Source: Verrucomicrobiia bacterium (lineage in GTDB: Bacteria; Verrucomicrobiota; Verrucomicrobiia; Limisphaerales; UBA11358). Taken from it: a DNA stretch of 64,000 nucleotides. Shown piece after piece: positions 20,224-30,528 of the stretch. The position numbers and the translations under genes are program-made. The stretch lies in assembly GCA_025451535.1 (NCBI GenBank), contig JANWKE010000075.1, forward strand, positions 56,627 to 120,626. Direction: 5' to 3'. The notes under the pieces are model-generated. The model worked only from the letters and a program-made list of their open reading frames with translations, was not told where the DNA came from and searched no databases. The first letter of the stretch is position 1. Every line of letters starts with the position of its first letter.

Positions 20224-20843
20224 TGGACATCACGGTTCCATTTGATAGCCGCAAGTATCTTTTGATGCTGGGGCTGCTGGTATTCGGGCGCGGCATGGAT
20301 TTTCTCAGCACGTGGATTGCCACACCGAATCTTGCGCTCGAAGGCAATCCGCTTGCCAAAAAACTCGGCTGGAGATGGGGCTTGTTGCTCAATGTGGTGC
20401 TCGTCGCCGTCCTGGCCATGTGGCCGCTGTCGGCCATTGTCGTCGCCACCGCCAGCGTGCTGGTGGCCGCGCGCAATTTCCAATCTGCGTGGCTGATGCG
20501 CTCGCTCGGCGAGGATGCTTACCGCGAGTGGCACGTCCAGCGGGTGCAGGAGACACGCGTCACCCTTCATCTTTTTTGCCTCGCCGGCAATACCATGCTG
20601 ACGGCCGTTGTCGGCGTGGCGCTGATCGGTTTCAGCAAACCATTGGAAGTACCCTTCGCCATCGGCATGGGCATGGTGGCCTACGCCGTTGCCGTGGCAT
20701 TTTACTCCATGCTGGCCATCTGGCGCATCCACCAGGCCACCAAACGCGAAGCACGCCGGTTGCAGGCTCTTCCCCATCAGCCGCCGGACGCCGGAGCTTT
20801 GGTGGTCGAAACGTACTCGCGTCCGCCCGACCAGATTGTTTAG
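20223..20843 (+). CDS. Membrane protein, DUF5658-like
   Basis: Several TM helices and a D-x2-ST...E-G-N-P motif. TAATG-coupled to hisI. Confidence 0.6.
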   Translation: MDITVPFDSRKYLLMLGLLVFGRGMDFLSTWIATPNLALEGNPLAKKLGWRWGLLLNVVLVAVLAMWPLSAIVVATASVLVAARNFQSAWLMRSLGEDAYREWHVQRVQETRVTLHLFCLAGNTMLTAVVGVALIGFSKPLEVPFAIGMGMVAYAVAVAFYSMLAIWRIHQATKREARRLQALPHQPPDAGALVVETYSRPPDQIV

Positions 20844-20854
20844 GCTGTTGGCGC

Positions 20855-22408
20855 ATGTACTCGCCAACACTTGAAGAATTCTTGAAATTGGCCGGACAGG
20901 GAAACCTGATCCCCGTCACGCGCCGCTTGTTGGCCGACATTGAAACCCCATTGTCAGCCTACCGGAAAATTCGCGGACAGGGCGAATCCTTTCTGTTCGA
21001 GTCCGTCGAAGGCGGCGAACATCTGGGCCGCTACTCATTCGTCGGCTGCAATCCGCGCGCGGTCATCCGACAAACCGGTGACTGCGTCGAAGTTTTGGAA
21101 AATGGCAAGGTCATTGAAAACTTTTCCATTGGTAGGGACGCACTGCCGCGCGTCCAGGCCGACCAGCAGGTCGGCCCTGCCGTGCGTGATGGTCTGGTCG
21201 TCGTCGAGCGCGTAATGAAAAAATACCGGCCCGTGACACTGCCCGGTCTGCCGCGCTTCACCGGTGGCGCGGTTGGCTTCATAGGGTATGAATTCATTCA
21301 CGACGTCGAACCGGTGGTGCCGCGCCCGCCGAAGGACGAATTGGGCACGCCGACGATGGTCTTTCTCGTCGCCAATCAATTGCTGATTTTTGACCGCGTG
21401 GCGCAAACCATCACGATCCTGGTTAACGCGATTCTGGACGATGCGACCAGTCCGGCGGACGCCTATGAAAACGCGACGAGCGAGATTGAACGGCTCATTT
21501 CCCTGCTCGAACAGCCAAGCGAACATCACCCGGTAACGGTGCCCGATGATGTGCCGGTGATTTCGTTTGAATCCAATCAGACGAAGGAAAAATTTTCTGC
21601 CAACGTCCTCAAATCCAAGGAATACATCACCGCCGGCGACATCATCCAGGTCGTCGGTTCACAACGCTTTTCCGCGCCGGTCAAGGCATCGCCACTGGAC
21701 ATTTACCGCGCGGTGCGTTCCATCAATCCATCCCCCTACATGTTTTTGCTGGAATTGGAGGGCTTCTCGCTGGTTGGCGCGTCGCCGGAAATTCACGTGC
21801 GTTGCGAGGACGCCAAGGTTGAAATCCGCCCGATTGCCGGCACGCGGCGCCGCGGGAAAAACGAGGAGGAAGATTCGGCCCTGGAAAAGGAACTGCTCGC
21901 CGACCCGAAGGAACGTGCCGAGCACGTGATGCTGGTGGATCTCGCGCGCAACGACATCGGGCGCGTGTGTGATTTTGGCAGCGTGCAGGTGAAGGAATTG
22001 ATGACCATCGAGCGTTACAGCCACGTCATGCACATCGTCTCGCAGGTGGAGGGCAAACTGTCCGCCGGTAAAACGCCTTACGATTTGATGCGCGCAACCT
22101 TCCCGGCCGGCACGGTCAGCGGCGCGCCGAAAATCCGCGCCATGCAAATCATTGCCGAACTTGAGCAGACTGCGCGCGGGCCGTACGCCGGCTGCGTTGG
22201 CTACTTTTCTTTCAACGGCAATCTGGACACCTGCATCACCCTCCGGACTGCGCTCGTCAAGGACGGTAAAGCCTATATTCAAGCCGGCGGCGGTTGGGTA
22301 AACGATTCCACGCCCGACGGCGAATTTCAGGAGACGGTGAACAAATCCATGGCCATGCGCAAAGCCGTCGCCATGGCGGAAGGATTTGCGAAAAATTCCG
22401 GCGTTTGA
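20855..22408 (+). CDS. trpE: Anthranilate synthase component I
   Basis: [54 protein letters not shown] and [15 protein letters not shown]. Start placed at ATG 20855. Confidence 0.95.
   Translation: MYSPTLEEFLKLAGQGNLIPVTRRLLADIETPLSAYRKIRGQGESFLFESVEGGEHLGRYSFVGCNPRAVIRQTGDCVEVLENGKVIENFSIGRDALPRVQADQQVGPAVRDGLVVVERVMKKYRPVTLPGLPRFTGGAVGFIGYEFIHDVEPVVPRPPKDELGTPTMVFLVANQLLIFDRVAQTITILVNAILDDATSPADAYENATSEIERLISLLEQPSEHHPVTVPDDVPVISFESNQTKEKFSANVLKSKEYITAGDIIQVVGSQRFSAPVKASPLDIYRAVRSINPSPYMFLLELEGFSLVGASPEIHVRCEDAKVEIRPIAGTRRRGKNEEEDSALEKELLADPKERAEHVMLVDLARNDIGRVCDFGSVQVKELMTIERYSHVMHIVSQVEGKLSAGKTPYDLMRATFPAGTVSGAPKIRAMQIIAELEQTARGPYAGCVGYFSFNGNLDTCITLRTALVKDGKAYIQAGGGWVNDSTPDGEFQETVNKSMAMRKAVAMAEGFAKNSGV
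21132..21180. repeat. REP-like palindrome doublet inside trpE
   Basis: GTAG-GGACGC-ACTGCCGC-GCGTCC followed by GGCCGACC-AGCA-GGTCGGCC-CTGC (a decayed CTAC end). Translated as [17 protein letters not shown]. Confidence 0.75.
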
Positions 22409-22412
22409 AGTA

Positions 22413-25400
22413 TCAATGCTTTTCTTCGCGTGGGTTGCGGTTGTGGGCCATGAAGTAAAGCAATGGCACGGCCACCGGCGCGATGATCATCGAAACCAGG
22501 CTGCCGGCCATCAGCGAAATCGCCAGCCCCTGGAAAATCGGGTCGAACAGGATCACCGTCGCCCCCACCACCACTGCCAGCGCCGTGAGCATGATAGGCC
22601 GGAACCGGATCATGCCCGCCTCGACGACGGCTTCCTTCAGTGGTCGGCCTTCCGCCAACCGCAGCTCGATGAAGTCCACGAGGATAATGGAATTGCGTAC
22701 CACAATGCCCGCCCCGGCCATGAAACCAATCATCGAAGTTGCCGTGAAGAAGGCATCCAACACGCCGTGCGCCGGCAAAATGCCCACCAGCGAGAAGGGA
22801 ATTACCACCATGACAATCAACGGCGTGAGGAACGAGCGAAACCAGCCGACCATCAGGATGTAAATCAGTACCAGCACCGCCGCGAACGCCAGGCCGAGGT
22901 CGCGAAAAACTTCAATCGTGATGTGCCATTCTCCGTCCCATTTGATGGCAGGCGCGTTGTCGGTGAACGGCTGGACGGCGTTGTAAATCCTTACCGTAGC
23001 CGCGCTCGTAAGAGCGCGGCCATCCCGGCTTGAAGCCGAAGAAGTTTGCTGCGGACTCACGTTCGCAGCTACGCCGCCAAAATTCCGCGCATCGAGTTGC
23101 CGGATCGCCTTGTTCATTTTCAGAATTGCGTAAACCGGGCTCTCGATGGAACCGGCCACGTCGCCGATGACATAGGTCACGGGCATGAGGTTTTTGTGAT
23201 AAATACTTTTGTCAGTGATGGTGTGCTCGACGGTTACCAGTTCACGCAACGGCACGAGCGGCGCTGCCGTATTCGCCGACCCCGGTTCGGGCAGAGCGTT
23301 GGCGTCACCGGACCGCACGCGCAGCGCGAGCAATTCCTCCGGGCTGGTCCGGCTCGCCAGCGGCAGTTGGAAAACAATGTTTACGTCCTCCTTTTCGCGG
23401 GGAACGTGGAGCAGATCCACGGATTCGCCGCCGACCGCCACCCGCAGCGTTTCGGAAATGGTCTCGGCGCTGATGCCATGCAACGCGGCCTTCTCCTTGT
23501 CGATGACGAAACGCACCTTCGGCTGGTCGGCCTCAATATACCAGTCGGTGTCCACCACACCGGAAGTGTTATGGAAAATATCAATGACCTTTCGTGCGAG
23601 TAAGAGGCGGCTCTGCTCGTCCGGGCCGTAAATTTCTGCGACCAACGTCTGCAACACCGGCGGGCCGGGCGGAACTTCGGCGACTGCTGCTCGCGCACCG
23701 TATTGGGCAGCGATGGCGGCAACGCGCGGACGCACCCGTTTGGCAATCTCGTGGCTCTGCGCGCGGCGTTCGTTCTTCGGCAGCAAATTGATTTGAATGT
23801 CGGCGATGTTCGCGCCGCGCCGCATGAAATAATGGCGCACGAGGCCGTTGAAATTGAATGGCGACGCAACACCGGCATAGACCTGGTAATCGGTCACTTC
23901 CGGCTCGGTGCGCACGGCGGCGGCGATTTCGCGCGCGGCCTCGGTGGTGCGCTCCAGGGAACTGCCCTCCGGCATGTTGAGGATGATCTGGAATTCGCTC
24001 TTGTTGTCGAACGGCAGCATTTTGACTTTCACGAAGCCGATGGCGACGAGCGTCATCGAAACCAGGAGCAGCACGACGAGGCCGCCGAGAAAAACGAATC
24101 GCCGGCGCGACTGTGCGATGAGTGGTTCCATCAGCAGCAAATAAACACGGCTGAAGAGATTTTCTTTGTAGGAGCCGACGTGAGGAGGCTCTAACTTGCT
24201 ATCACTTTCCACTTTTTCTGTCAGAGCCTCATTACCTCGGCTCCTACGTTTCCATTGGAGAATCCGGATGCTGGCCCAGGGCGTAACCATGAACGCGATG
24301 GCCAGCGAGAAGAACATCGCGGCGCTCGAACCGATGGGAATCGGCCGCATGTATGGCCCCATCAATCCGCCGACAAATGCCATGGGCAGCACGGCAGCGA
24401 TTACCGCAAACGTGGCGAGGATGGTCGGGTTGCCGACTTCGTTGATGGCCTCGACGGCGATGGCGCTCCATTTTCGGCCCTGGTTGCCGGGCAGATGAAA
24501 ATGGCGGACGATATTTTCAACCACCACCACGGCGTCGTCCACCAGGATGCCGATGCTGAAAATGAGCGCAAAGAGCGTGATGCGGTTCAGCGTGAAACCA
24601 TAGAGATAAAAGACCAGCAGGGTGAGCGCAAGCGTGGACGGAATGGCGATGGCCACGATGAGGGACTCACGCCAGCCCAGCGCCAGCAGAATCAGGAGTG
24701 ACACGCCAACGACCGCGATGAGCATGTGCCAGAGCAGTTCGTTGGATTTTTCCTCCGCGGTTACGCCGTAATTCCGTGTGACCGACACCTGCACGTCGGC
24801 GGGAATAATGCGACCCTTGAGCGTGTCAATTTTTCTGAGAACTGTATTGGCGACGGTGATGGCGTTGGCCCCTGGTCGTTTGGCGATAGCCAGGGTGACG
24901 GCGGGTTGTTCATCGTAGCGCAGGCTTCCAGCCTGCGGGTTCACGGAGCCTCCCGGCTCCGTGTTTCGACCGGCGGCAGGGATGCCGCCAGAACTCGCAG
25001 GCTGGATGCCTGCGCTACCAGTCGCTGCGCCGTTACCAAACAGCACATATTGATTCGGCTCTTCCGCGCCGTCCACGATGACCGCTACGTCGCGCAGGTA
25101 AACCGGCTTGCCGCCGAAAACGCCCACGACCACGCTGCCGACGTCCTCGGCGCCGGCCAGGAAGCCACCGGTTTCGATCACAACCTCCTTGTTGTTACTG
25201 GTCAAGCCACCGGCGACATACTGGCGATTGGCTTGCTGCAGCATGGGAATCAAACCCACGGGACTGAGGTTGCGTGAAGCCAGTTTGGCCGGGTCAAGCA
25301 GCACCCGCACTTCGCGCCGGCTGCCGCCGATGAGGGTGGTCCCGGCCACTTGCGGCACCTGTTTCACCGCATCATCCACCTGCGCCACGAGCCGGCGCAG

Positions 25401-25901
25401 CGTCAAATGATCGTAACGTGCGCTGTGAAACGTCAGGCAGAGAACCGGCACGTCGTCAATGGACCACGCCTTGATGAGCGGTTGCGAAACGCCATGCGGG
25501 ATTTTGTCGTAGTTGGATTGCAACTTCTGGTTGAGCTTCACAAGGCTGAGTTGCATGTCCTCGCCGACTTTGAACCGTACGATCGCCAACGATTGGCCTT
25601 CGCTCGAAGTGGAATAGATGTATTCGACGCCGGGAATTTCCCACAGCAGTTTCTCCATCGGCCGGGTAACGCGTTCCTCGACTTCCCTGGCGCCGGCGCC
25701 GGGCATGGTGACAAGCACGTCCACCATCGGTACCTTGATTTGCGGCTCCTCCTCGCGCGGCAGCAAGAGTACCGCGAACACACCGAGCAACACCGACGCG
25801 ATGATGATGAGCGGCGTGAGTTTGGACTCAATGAACGCCTGTGCCACGCGGCCGGCAATGCCCAGCGGCGCGGGAGTTGAAATTGGAATTTCAGATTTCA
25901 T
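22413..25901 (-). CDS. RND efflux permease (AcrB/AcrD/AcrF family)
   Basis: [35 protein letters not shown] and RFRPIMLT. Start placed at ATG 25901 because the ORF-track extension is translated repeat DNA. Confidence 0.92.
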   Translation of the reverse strand: MKSEIPISTPAPLGIAGRVAQAFIESKLTPLIIIASVLLGVFAVLLLPREEEPQIKVPMVDVLVTMPGAGAREVEERVTRPMEKLLWEIPGVEYIYSTSSEGQSLAIVRFKVGEDMQLSLVKLNQKLQSNYDKIPHGVSQPLIKAWSIDDVPVLCLTFHSARYDHLTLRRLVAQVDDAVKQVPQVAGTTLIGGSRREVRVLLDPAKLASRNLSPVGLIPMLQQANRQYVAGGLTSNNKEVVIETGGFLAGAEDVGSVVVGVFGGKPVYLRDVAVIVDGAEEPNQYVLFGNGAATGSAGIQPASSGGIPAAGRNTEPGGSVNPQAGSLRYDEQPAVTLAIAKRPGANAITVANTVLRKIDTLKGRIIPADVQVSVTRNYGVTAEEKSNELLWHMLIAVVGVSLLILLALGWRESLIVAIAIPSTLALTLLVFYLYGFTLNRITLFALIFSIGILVDDAVVVVENIVRHFHLPGNQGRKWSAIAVEAINEVGNPTILATFAVIAAVLPMAFVGGLMGPYMRPIPIGSSAAMFFSLAIAFMVTPWASIRILQWKRRSRGNEALTEKVESDSKLEPPHVGSYKENLFSRVYLLLMEPLIAQSRRRFVFLGGLVVLLLVSMTLVAIGFVKVKMLPFDNKSEFQIILNMPEGSSLERTTEAAREIAAAVRTEPEVTDYQVYAGVASPFNFNGLVRHYFMRRGANIADIQINLLPKNERRAQSHEIAKRVRPRVAAIAAQYGARAAVAEVPPGPPVLQTLVAEIYGPDEQSRLLLARKVIDIFHNTSGVVDTDWYIEADQPKVRFVIDKEKAALHGISAETISETLRVAVGGESVDLLHVPREKEDVNIVFQLPLASRTSPEELLALRVRSGDANALPEPGSANTAAPLVPLRELVTVEHTITDKSIYHKNLMPVTYVIGDVAGSIESPVYAILKMNKAIRQLDARNFGGVAANVSPQQTSSASSRDGRALTSAATVRIYNAVQPFTDNAPAIKWDGEWHITIEVFRDLGLAFAAVLVLIYILMVGWFRSFLTPLIVMVVIPFSLVGILPAHGVLDAFFTATSMIGFMAGAGIVVRNSIILVDFIELRLAEGRPLKEAVVEAGMIRFRPIMLTALAVVVGATVILFDPIFQGLAISLMAGSLVSMIIAPVAVPLLYFMAHNRNPREEKH
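22996..23072. repeat. REP doublet inside the RND permease (insert C)
   Basis: GTAG-CCGCGCTC-GTAA-GAGCGCGG ... CTGCGGAC-TCAC-GTTCGCAG-CTAC. Confidence 0.8.
24168..24247. repeat. REP doublet inside the RND permease (insert B)
   Basis: GTAGGAGCCGACGTGAGGAGGCTCT ... AGAGCCTCATTACCTCGGCTCCTAC, inverted copies around an AT-rich spacer. Confidence 0.85.
24915..25018. repeat. REP doublet inside the RND permease (insert A, four hairpins)
   Basis: GTAGCGCAGGCTTCCAGCCTGCG ... CGCAGGCTGGATGCCTGCGCTAC, with the inner hairpins CACGGAGCC/GGCTCCGTG and GGCGGCA/TGCCGCC. Confidence 0.88.
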
Positions 25902-25947
25902 GCCGGGAGACAGAGCGGGCCGACAAAATGTTGAGGCTTGTTTACAC

Positions 25948-26144
25948 TCGCCCTCACCCCGGCCCTCTCCCCCGGGGAGAGGGAGAGCGAAGTGACGCCG
26001 CTGGATAACTCGCAAGTCCTGGTTGCAATCACCCGCACCAAGTGATTCACGGCAAAGAATATCTGGTCACCAAGCCTGTTCGATGCGCTAGCTGACGGGA
26101 TAATTTTCTCCCTCTCCTGGGGGAGAGGGCCGGGGTGAGGGCGA
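25948..26144. repeat. Inverted pair of CCCTCACCCCGGCCCTCTCCC-type palindromic repeats
   Basis: TCGCCCTCACCCCGGCCCTCTCCCCCGGGGAGAGGGAGA (25948-25986) and a near-identical reverse complement (26107-26144), between the adaptor and permease genes. Confidence 0.88.
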
Positions 26145-26148
26145 ACGT

Positions 26149-27171
26149 TCATTTCACCTCCACCGGCTGCCCGTCGGTCAGCCGGGCGGCGCCGCCGACC
26201 ACCACCCGTTCACCCCCTTCCACGCCTGAAACCAGTTCGACCTCGTCGCCAACACGTTTGCCGGTTTTGACGATGCGCAATTGCGCGTGGTCGCCCGTCA
26301 CTACGAATACCAGTTCCATTTCCCCGCGCTGTAACACGGCCGCGGCCGGCACACGCAGCGCCGAAGTTTCGCCGACCGGCACGGCCACCCGGCCGAACTG
26401 GCCGGCGCGCGGACCGGGTGTCGATGGCAAATCCAGTTTGACCAGGAACGTGCGGCTGTTGGGATCGGCAGACGGCGCAATTTCGCTGACGACACCGGCG
26501 AGTTCGTTGCTGACGCCGGATAAGCGCACGCCCAGCTTGTCGCCAAGCGCGAGTCGGTCGATAACTGCTTCCGGCACGTCGGTTTCAAGCTGCAAATCAC
26601 GGGCATCCTCCATTTCCAGCAACGGCTTGCCGGGCGCAGCGAGATCGCCCACGTCGGCATATTTACGGGTGATGACCCCCGCAAAGGGCGCGGTGACCCT
26701 GGTGTAACCGAGCAGGGTCTTTGCTTCCGTCGCCGCCGCATCGGCCACACGGAATTTTGATTGGGCACTGTCGTATTCGGATTGCGAAAGGATTTTCTGC
26801 TGGATCAGATCCGTGGCGCGTTTCAAATCACTTTCGGCCTGCTGGCGCACGGCGATGGCTTGATCTGTCTGAGCCTGGACTTCGCGCGCATCGAGTTGGA
26901 CCAACAGCTCACCCGCCTTCACATCCTGGCCGGGCACGACCTGCATCTGCTCGATCTTGCCGCTGACCTTGGCTTCGATGACAGAGTGCAATTTGGCGCG
27001 CACTGTGCCCACGACCTCCTCCGTGGCCACGCGGCTTTTGCTTTCGGCAACCTGTGCCTGCACGGAAACTGCCGGCAAAGCCTTCGCGACGTCCGCGGGT
27101 TTGCGTCCGCAACCGTTCAAAATGAGTGCCACCAGCAACAGCGCGGCAGTGGGGAAATTGAGCCGGTTCAT
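26149..27171 (-). CDS. RND efflux periplasmic adaptor (membrane fusion lipoprotein)
   Basis: Lipobox LNGC, AKVSGKI...V..G..VKAGELLVQLD, YTRVTAPFAGVI and ADPNSRTF. Confidence 0.9.
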   Translation of the reverse strand: MNRLNFPTAALLLVALILNGCGRKPADVAKALPAVSVQAQVAESKSRVATEEVVGTVRAKLHSVIEAKVSGKIEQMQVVPGQDVKAGELLVQLDAREVQAQTDQAIAVRQQAESDLKRATDLIQQKILSQSEYDSAQSKFRVADAAATEAKTLLGYTRVTAPFAGVITRKYADVGDLAAPGKPLLEMEDARDLQLETDVPEAVIDRLALGDKLGVRLSGVSNELAGVVSEIAPSADPNSRTFLVKLDLPSTPGPRAGQFGRVAVPVGETSALRVPAAAVLQRGEMELVFVVTGDHAQLRIVKTGKRVGDEVELVSGVEGGERVVVGGAARLTDGQPVEVK

Positions 27172-27407
27172 TTTCCCTGTGCCGGTTGAGCCGGCTCGAC
27201 CGCACAGCAGCTTCCGGCATCACGACCGACGCAAATTTTCTTCAAAATCATTTCCATCGGGCAAACGTTGGTAAATGACGATTGAAACAGGTTGAAGCCG
27301 ACGAAGGCCGTAAACCAGAGCCAGTAACGACTGTGATAATACGCCAGCAACAGGCTGGCGAGGATGAACGCGCCGGCAAACCGGCGGATGAGCATGTGCA
27401 TTTTCAT
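27168..27407 (-). CDS. DUF2892 (YgaP-like) membrane protein
   Basis: Two TM helices and FVGFNLFQSSFTNVCP. Confidence 0.85.
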   Translation of the reverse strand: MKMHMLIRRFAGAFILASLLLAYYHSRYWLWFTAFVGFNLFQSSFTNVCPMEMILKKICVGRDAGSCCAVEPAQPAQGK

Positions 27408-27431
27408 AACAGGTTTTTGATTGGTTTGGGA

Positions 27432-27605
27432 TTAATGAAAACTGGTCGCGATCAGCCCGCCCACGACCATGCCGTAGAGAGTGCTGATGAACGGATTACT
27501 TGTCAACGGGCACGCACCGGTCGGGCAACCGGTCGATCCCGCAATGCGGGACCAGCCGAAGCCGAGAACGGCCCCGGCGACCGCACCGATGAGCATACGC
27601 AGCAT
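27432..27605 (-). CDS. Small DUF6132-like membrane protein (57 aa, absent from the ORF track)
   Basis: Hand translation gives MLRMLIGAVAGAVLGFGWSRIAGSTGCPTGACPLTSNPFISTLYGMVVGGLIATSFH*, with a GC.TG.CP.TSNP..STLYG motif. Confidence 0.8.
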   Translation of the reverse strand: MLRMLIGAVAGAVLGFGWSRIAGSTGCPTGACPLTSNPFISTLYGMVVGGLIATSFH

Positions 27606-27661
27606 CACAACCCGCCCCCGCTCCGGGATGATAATTCCGGTTGAAGGTTTAAGTCAATCAT

Positions 27662-27690
27662 GTTATAATCATATAACTAAATAGTAATAT
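27662..27690. promoter_or_regulatory. Putative ArsR operator in the divergent promoter
   Basis: Overlapping palindromes GTTATA-ATCA-TATAAC (27662-27677) and ATATAACTA-AA-TAGTAATAT (27671-27690). The second overlaps the ArsR start codon. Confidence 0.6.
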
Positions 27691-27997
27691 GTCAAAGGAA
27701 AAGTTTGGACGTGTGGTTGTCGCGGAGGAACTCCAACGAATCGCGACCCGGTTCAAGATGCTGGGCGAGCCGATGCGGCTGCGGATTTTGCAGGCAGTCT
27801 GCCAGGAACCGCACACGGTGAACGACATTGTGAACGCCACCGGCTCGACGCAAGCGAATGTGTCCAAGCACCTGGCGCTGTTGGCTGCCGCCGGCATCCT
27901 CACCCGTAAAAAGGACGGTCAGCGCGTCTATTACGGCATGAAGGACCAAATGACGGTCAAATTATGCGAGTTGGTGCGGTCACAGCTGGTAGAGTAA
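27689..27997 (+). CDS. ArsR/SmtB-family transcriptional repressor
   Basis: FKMLGEPMRLRIL...TQANVSKHLALL..AGIL.RKKDG.RVYY. Divergent from the efflux cluster. Confidence 0.92.
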   Translation: MSKEKFGRVVVAEELQRIATRFKMLGEPMRLRILQAVCQEPHTVNDIVNATGSTQANVSKHLALLAAAGILTRKKDGQRVYYGMKDQMTVKLCELVRSQLVE

Positions 27998-28063
27998 TCA
28001 CGGTGACGAAATTGTTTGCAGCGGCCGCGGCCTCTGTTAGCCTGAGATTGAAGTCAGAAAGTT

Positions 28064-29335
28064 ATGAAGCGTTGGGGTTTCATCGTAATCGCGGGACTGC
28101 TCCTGGGAACGGCGGTTCAGGCCACACAGGTCGGGCTGATCAAAATTGACGGCGCCATCGGCCCGGCCACCGCCAATTACATTTCGCGCGCCATTGATGT
28201 CGCAACTAAACAAGCCGACGCGTGTCTTATCATCCAACTGAACACCCCCGGTGGCCTCGTCAATTCCATGGACGACATTGTTCAGGAATTTTATGCATCG
28301 CCGATCCCCACGGTGGTTTACATCGCGCCGGAAGGCGCGATGGCCGGCAGTGCGGGCGTTTACATCACGCTCGCCGCGGATATTGCGGCCATGGCCCCGC
28401 ACACCACCATCGGCGCGGCGCATCCGGTCGAACTGGAAAACGAAGGTGAGACGACCAACAGCATCATGATGCAAAAAATCGGCAATGCCTACACCAAGGT
28501 GATGCAGACCATTGCCGAGAAACGGCATCGCAACGTCGAATGGGCCAAATCATCCGTCACGGAAAGCAAGGCCATTACTTCCGAAGAAGCGTTAAAAATG
28601 AAAGTGATTGATTTGATCGCAACGAACGTTCCTGATTTGCTGCTAAAATTGAACGGGAAAAAGATTGATGACAAAACGTTGCATACCGCGGATGCAAGCA
28701 TCGTGGAAATCCCGATGAGCGCCGGCGAAAAATTTTTCCAATTGTTCTGGCAGCCCGAAGTAATGATGCTGCTGATGCTCGTCGCCATCTATGGCATTAT
28801 CGCAGAGATGAGCCATCCGGGTGCGATTTTCCCTGGCGTTGCGGGTGCGCTTGCGCTGATTTTATTGCTCTACATGTCGGCGACCCTGCCACTCAATATC
28901 GCCGGGCTGGCCTTGATTGTTTTGGCGATTGCGCTGTTCATCATGGATATTTTTGCGCCGACGCACGGCGTGTTGACCGGCGGCGGCATCATCGCTTTTT
29001 TTCTTGGTGTGTTGATGCTGTTCAACCACGAGCCGGCCGGCTATCATCTGCCCATGACCTGGGTGATTTCAACCACGCTCGTCACCGCGGCATTTTTTAT
29101 TTTATTCGTCAGCAAAGGCATTCGCGCCCAATTTTTGCCCAAGCGTGCCGGCATGGAAACCATGATTGGTAAAACGGTCAATACGCTGTCACGAATTGAT
29201 CCGACGGGTGGCAAGGTTTTTATCGAAGGCGAAAATTGGAATGCGGTGAGCGAAACGACGATTGAAACCGGACAGCCGGTTGAAATTGTCGGAATCGAAG
29301 GGCTGACTTTGAAAGTGCGACGGAAAACAAATTAA
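28064..29335 (+). CDS. nfeD: NfeD-family membrane-bound serine protease (long form)
   Basis: LNTPGG, AGSAG, MAPHTTIGAAHPV, a TM region, and a C-terminal OB fold (GKVFIEGENWNA). Confidence 0.9.
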   Translation: MKRWGFIVIAGLLLGTAVQATQVGLIKIDGAIGPATANYISRAIDVATKQADACLIIQLNTPGGLVNSMDDIVQEFYASPIPTVVYIAPEGAMAGSAGVYITLAADIAAMAPHTTIGAAHPVELENEGETTNSIMMQKIGNAYTKVMQTIAEKRHRNVEWAKSSVTESKAITSEEALKMKVIDLIATNVPDLLLKLNGKKIDDKTLHTADASIVEIPMSAGEKFFQLFWQPEVMMLLMLVAIYGIIAEMSHPGAIFPGVAGALALILLLYMSATLPLNIAGLALIVLAIALFIMDIFAPTHGVLTGGGIIAFFLGVLMLFNHEPAGYHLPMTWVISTTLVTAAFFILFVSKGIRAQFLPKRAGMETMIGKTVNTLSRIDPTGGKVFIEGENWNAVSETTIETGQPVEIVGIEGLTLKVRRKTN

Positions 29336-29347
29336 CGGAGAAAAATT

Positions 29348-30124
29348 ATGGACCAACAACCAATAGAACATCTCGTCGGTGGCGGACTTGCCATCATCGT
29401 TCCGGTTTTAATCGTTCTGGTCGTTATTTTGCCGCAGGCCCTGCGTATCCTGCGCGAATACGAACGCGGCGTTATTTTCCGGCTCGGCAAACTGCTGGGC
29501 GCCAAAGGGCCGGGCATCATCTTTCTTATCCCCATCGTGGACAAGATGGTGCGGATGGATTTGCGCGTCGTGACCATTGACGTTTCCAAACAGGAAATTA
29601 TGACCAGGGACAACGTGCCGGCCACGGTGGACGCCGTGGTTTATTTCCGTGTCATCAATCCGATGGACGCCGTGGTGAAGGTGGAGAACTTCTGGAAAGC
29701 GACCTCGCTCATCGCACAAACGACGCTGCGCAGCGTGCTCGGCCAGGCCTCGCTGGATGATTTGCTCTCGCAACGCGACGTCATCAATCAAAAGTTGCAG
29801 GAAATCATTGATCGCCAGACCGAGCCGTGGGGCATCAAGGTGACCGCCGTCGAAATCAAGGACGTGGCGCTGCCGGACAGCATGAAACGCGCAATGGCCA
29901 AGCAGGCCGAAGCCGAACGTGAACGCCGCGCGAAGGTTGTGAATGCCGAGGGTGAATTTCAGGCCGCCGAAAAAATGGTGCAGGCCGCCGCGATGATCAG
30001 CAAGGAACCGATTGCCTTGCAACTCCGCTACCTCCAGACCATGCGCGAAATGGCCAGCGAACACAACACGACGACGTTCCTGCCGCTGCCGATCGATTTG
30101 TTCAGCGCGTTTTTGAAGAAATAA
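29348..30124 (+). CDS. Slipin / SPFH (stomatin-like) protein
   Basis: [42 protein letters not shown] and LQLRYLQT. Canonical partner of nfeD. Confidence 0.93.
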   Translation: MDQQPIEHLVGGGLAIIVPVLIVLVVILPQALRILREYERGVIFRLGKLLGAKGPGIIFLIPIVDKMVRMDLRVVTIDVSKQEIMTRDNVPATVDAVVYFRVINPMDAVVKVENFWKATSLIAQTTLRSVLGQASLDDLLSQRDVINQKLQEIIDRQTEPWGIKVTAVEIKDVALPDSMKRAMAKQAEAERERRAKVVNAEGEFQAAEKMVQAAAMISKEPIALQLRYLQTMREMASEHNTTTFLPLPIDLFSAFLKK

Positions 30125-30237
30125 GGAGACGAATCGAAGTTGAATTTATTGGCATCGCCGGCCGGTTCCGTATTCAGGAGCTGACTGATTTGATAATTCC
30201 ATTCGACAATCAATTACCGAAAACCGAAATTAGTCCC

Positions 30238-30483
30238 GTGCCTCTTTACGAATACGAGTTGTGTGAAGGCGAGTGCAAGGTGTGCGGCGGGCGGTTCACG
30301 CTGCGCCGGCCGCTGTCGGCCAAACCGCTCACGAACTGTCCGGCCTGCAAAAAGCCGGTGCGCAAAATTATTTCCGGCTTCAATACCCCCACCAAACTCA
30401 AGCCGTTGTCCATTTCCGACGCCAAAAAAGCCGGGTTCACGGTGCTTAAAAAGGTCAGCAAGGGCGAGTACGAACGGCAGTAG
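30238..30483 (+). CDS. FmdB-family zinc ribbon protein
   Basis: GTG start giving MPLYEY..C...CKVCG...CPAC. Confidence 0.82.
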   Translation: MPLYEYELCEGECKVCGGRFTLRRPLSAKPLTNCPACKKPVRKIISGFNTPTKLKPLSISDAKKAGFTVLKKVSKGEYERQ

Positions 30484-30528
30484 ATCCGTTTTGACGCATG
30501 AGGTAATGTGCGGTAGGGTGAGGGTTGA

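Noticed and set aside
20312-20854. 181-aa N-terminal extension of TrpE in the ORF track
   Set aside because: It is an alternative frame overlapping the membrane protein gene. TrpE homology starts at MYSPT (20855).
25902-26015. N-terminal extension of the RND ORF ([12 protein letters not shown])
   Set aside because: It is the translation of the intergenic palindromic repeat. The family-like sequence begins near ATG 25901.
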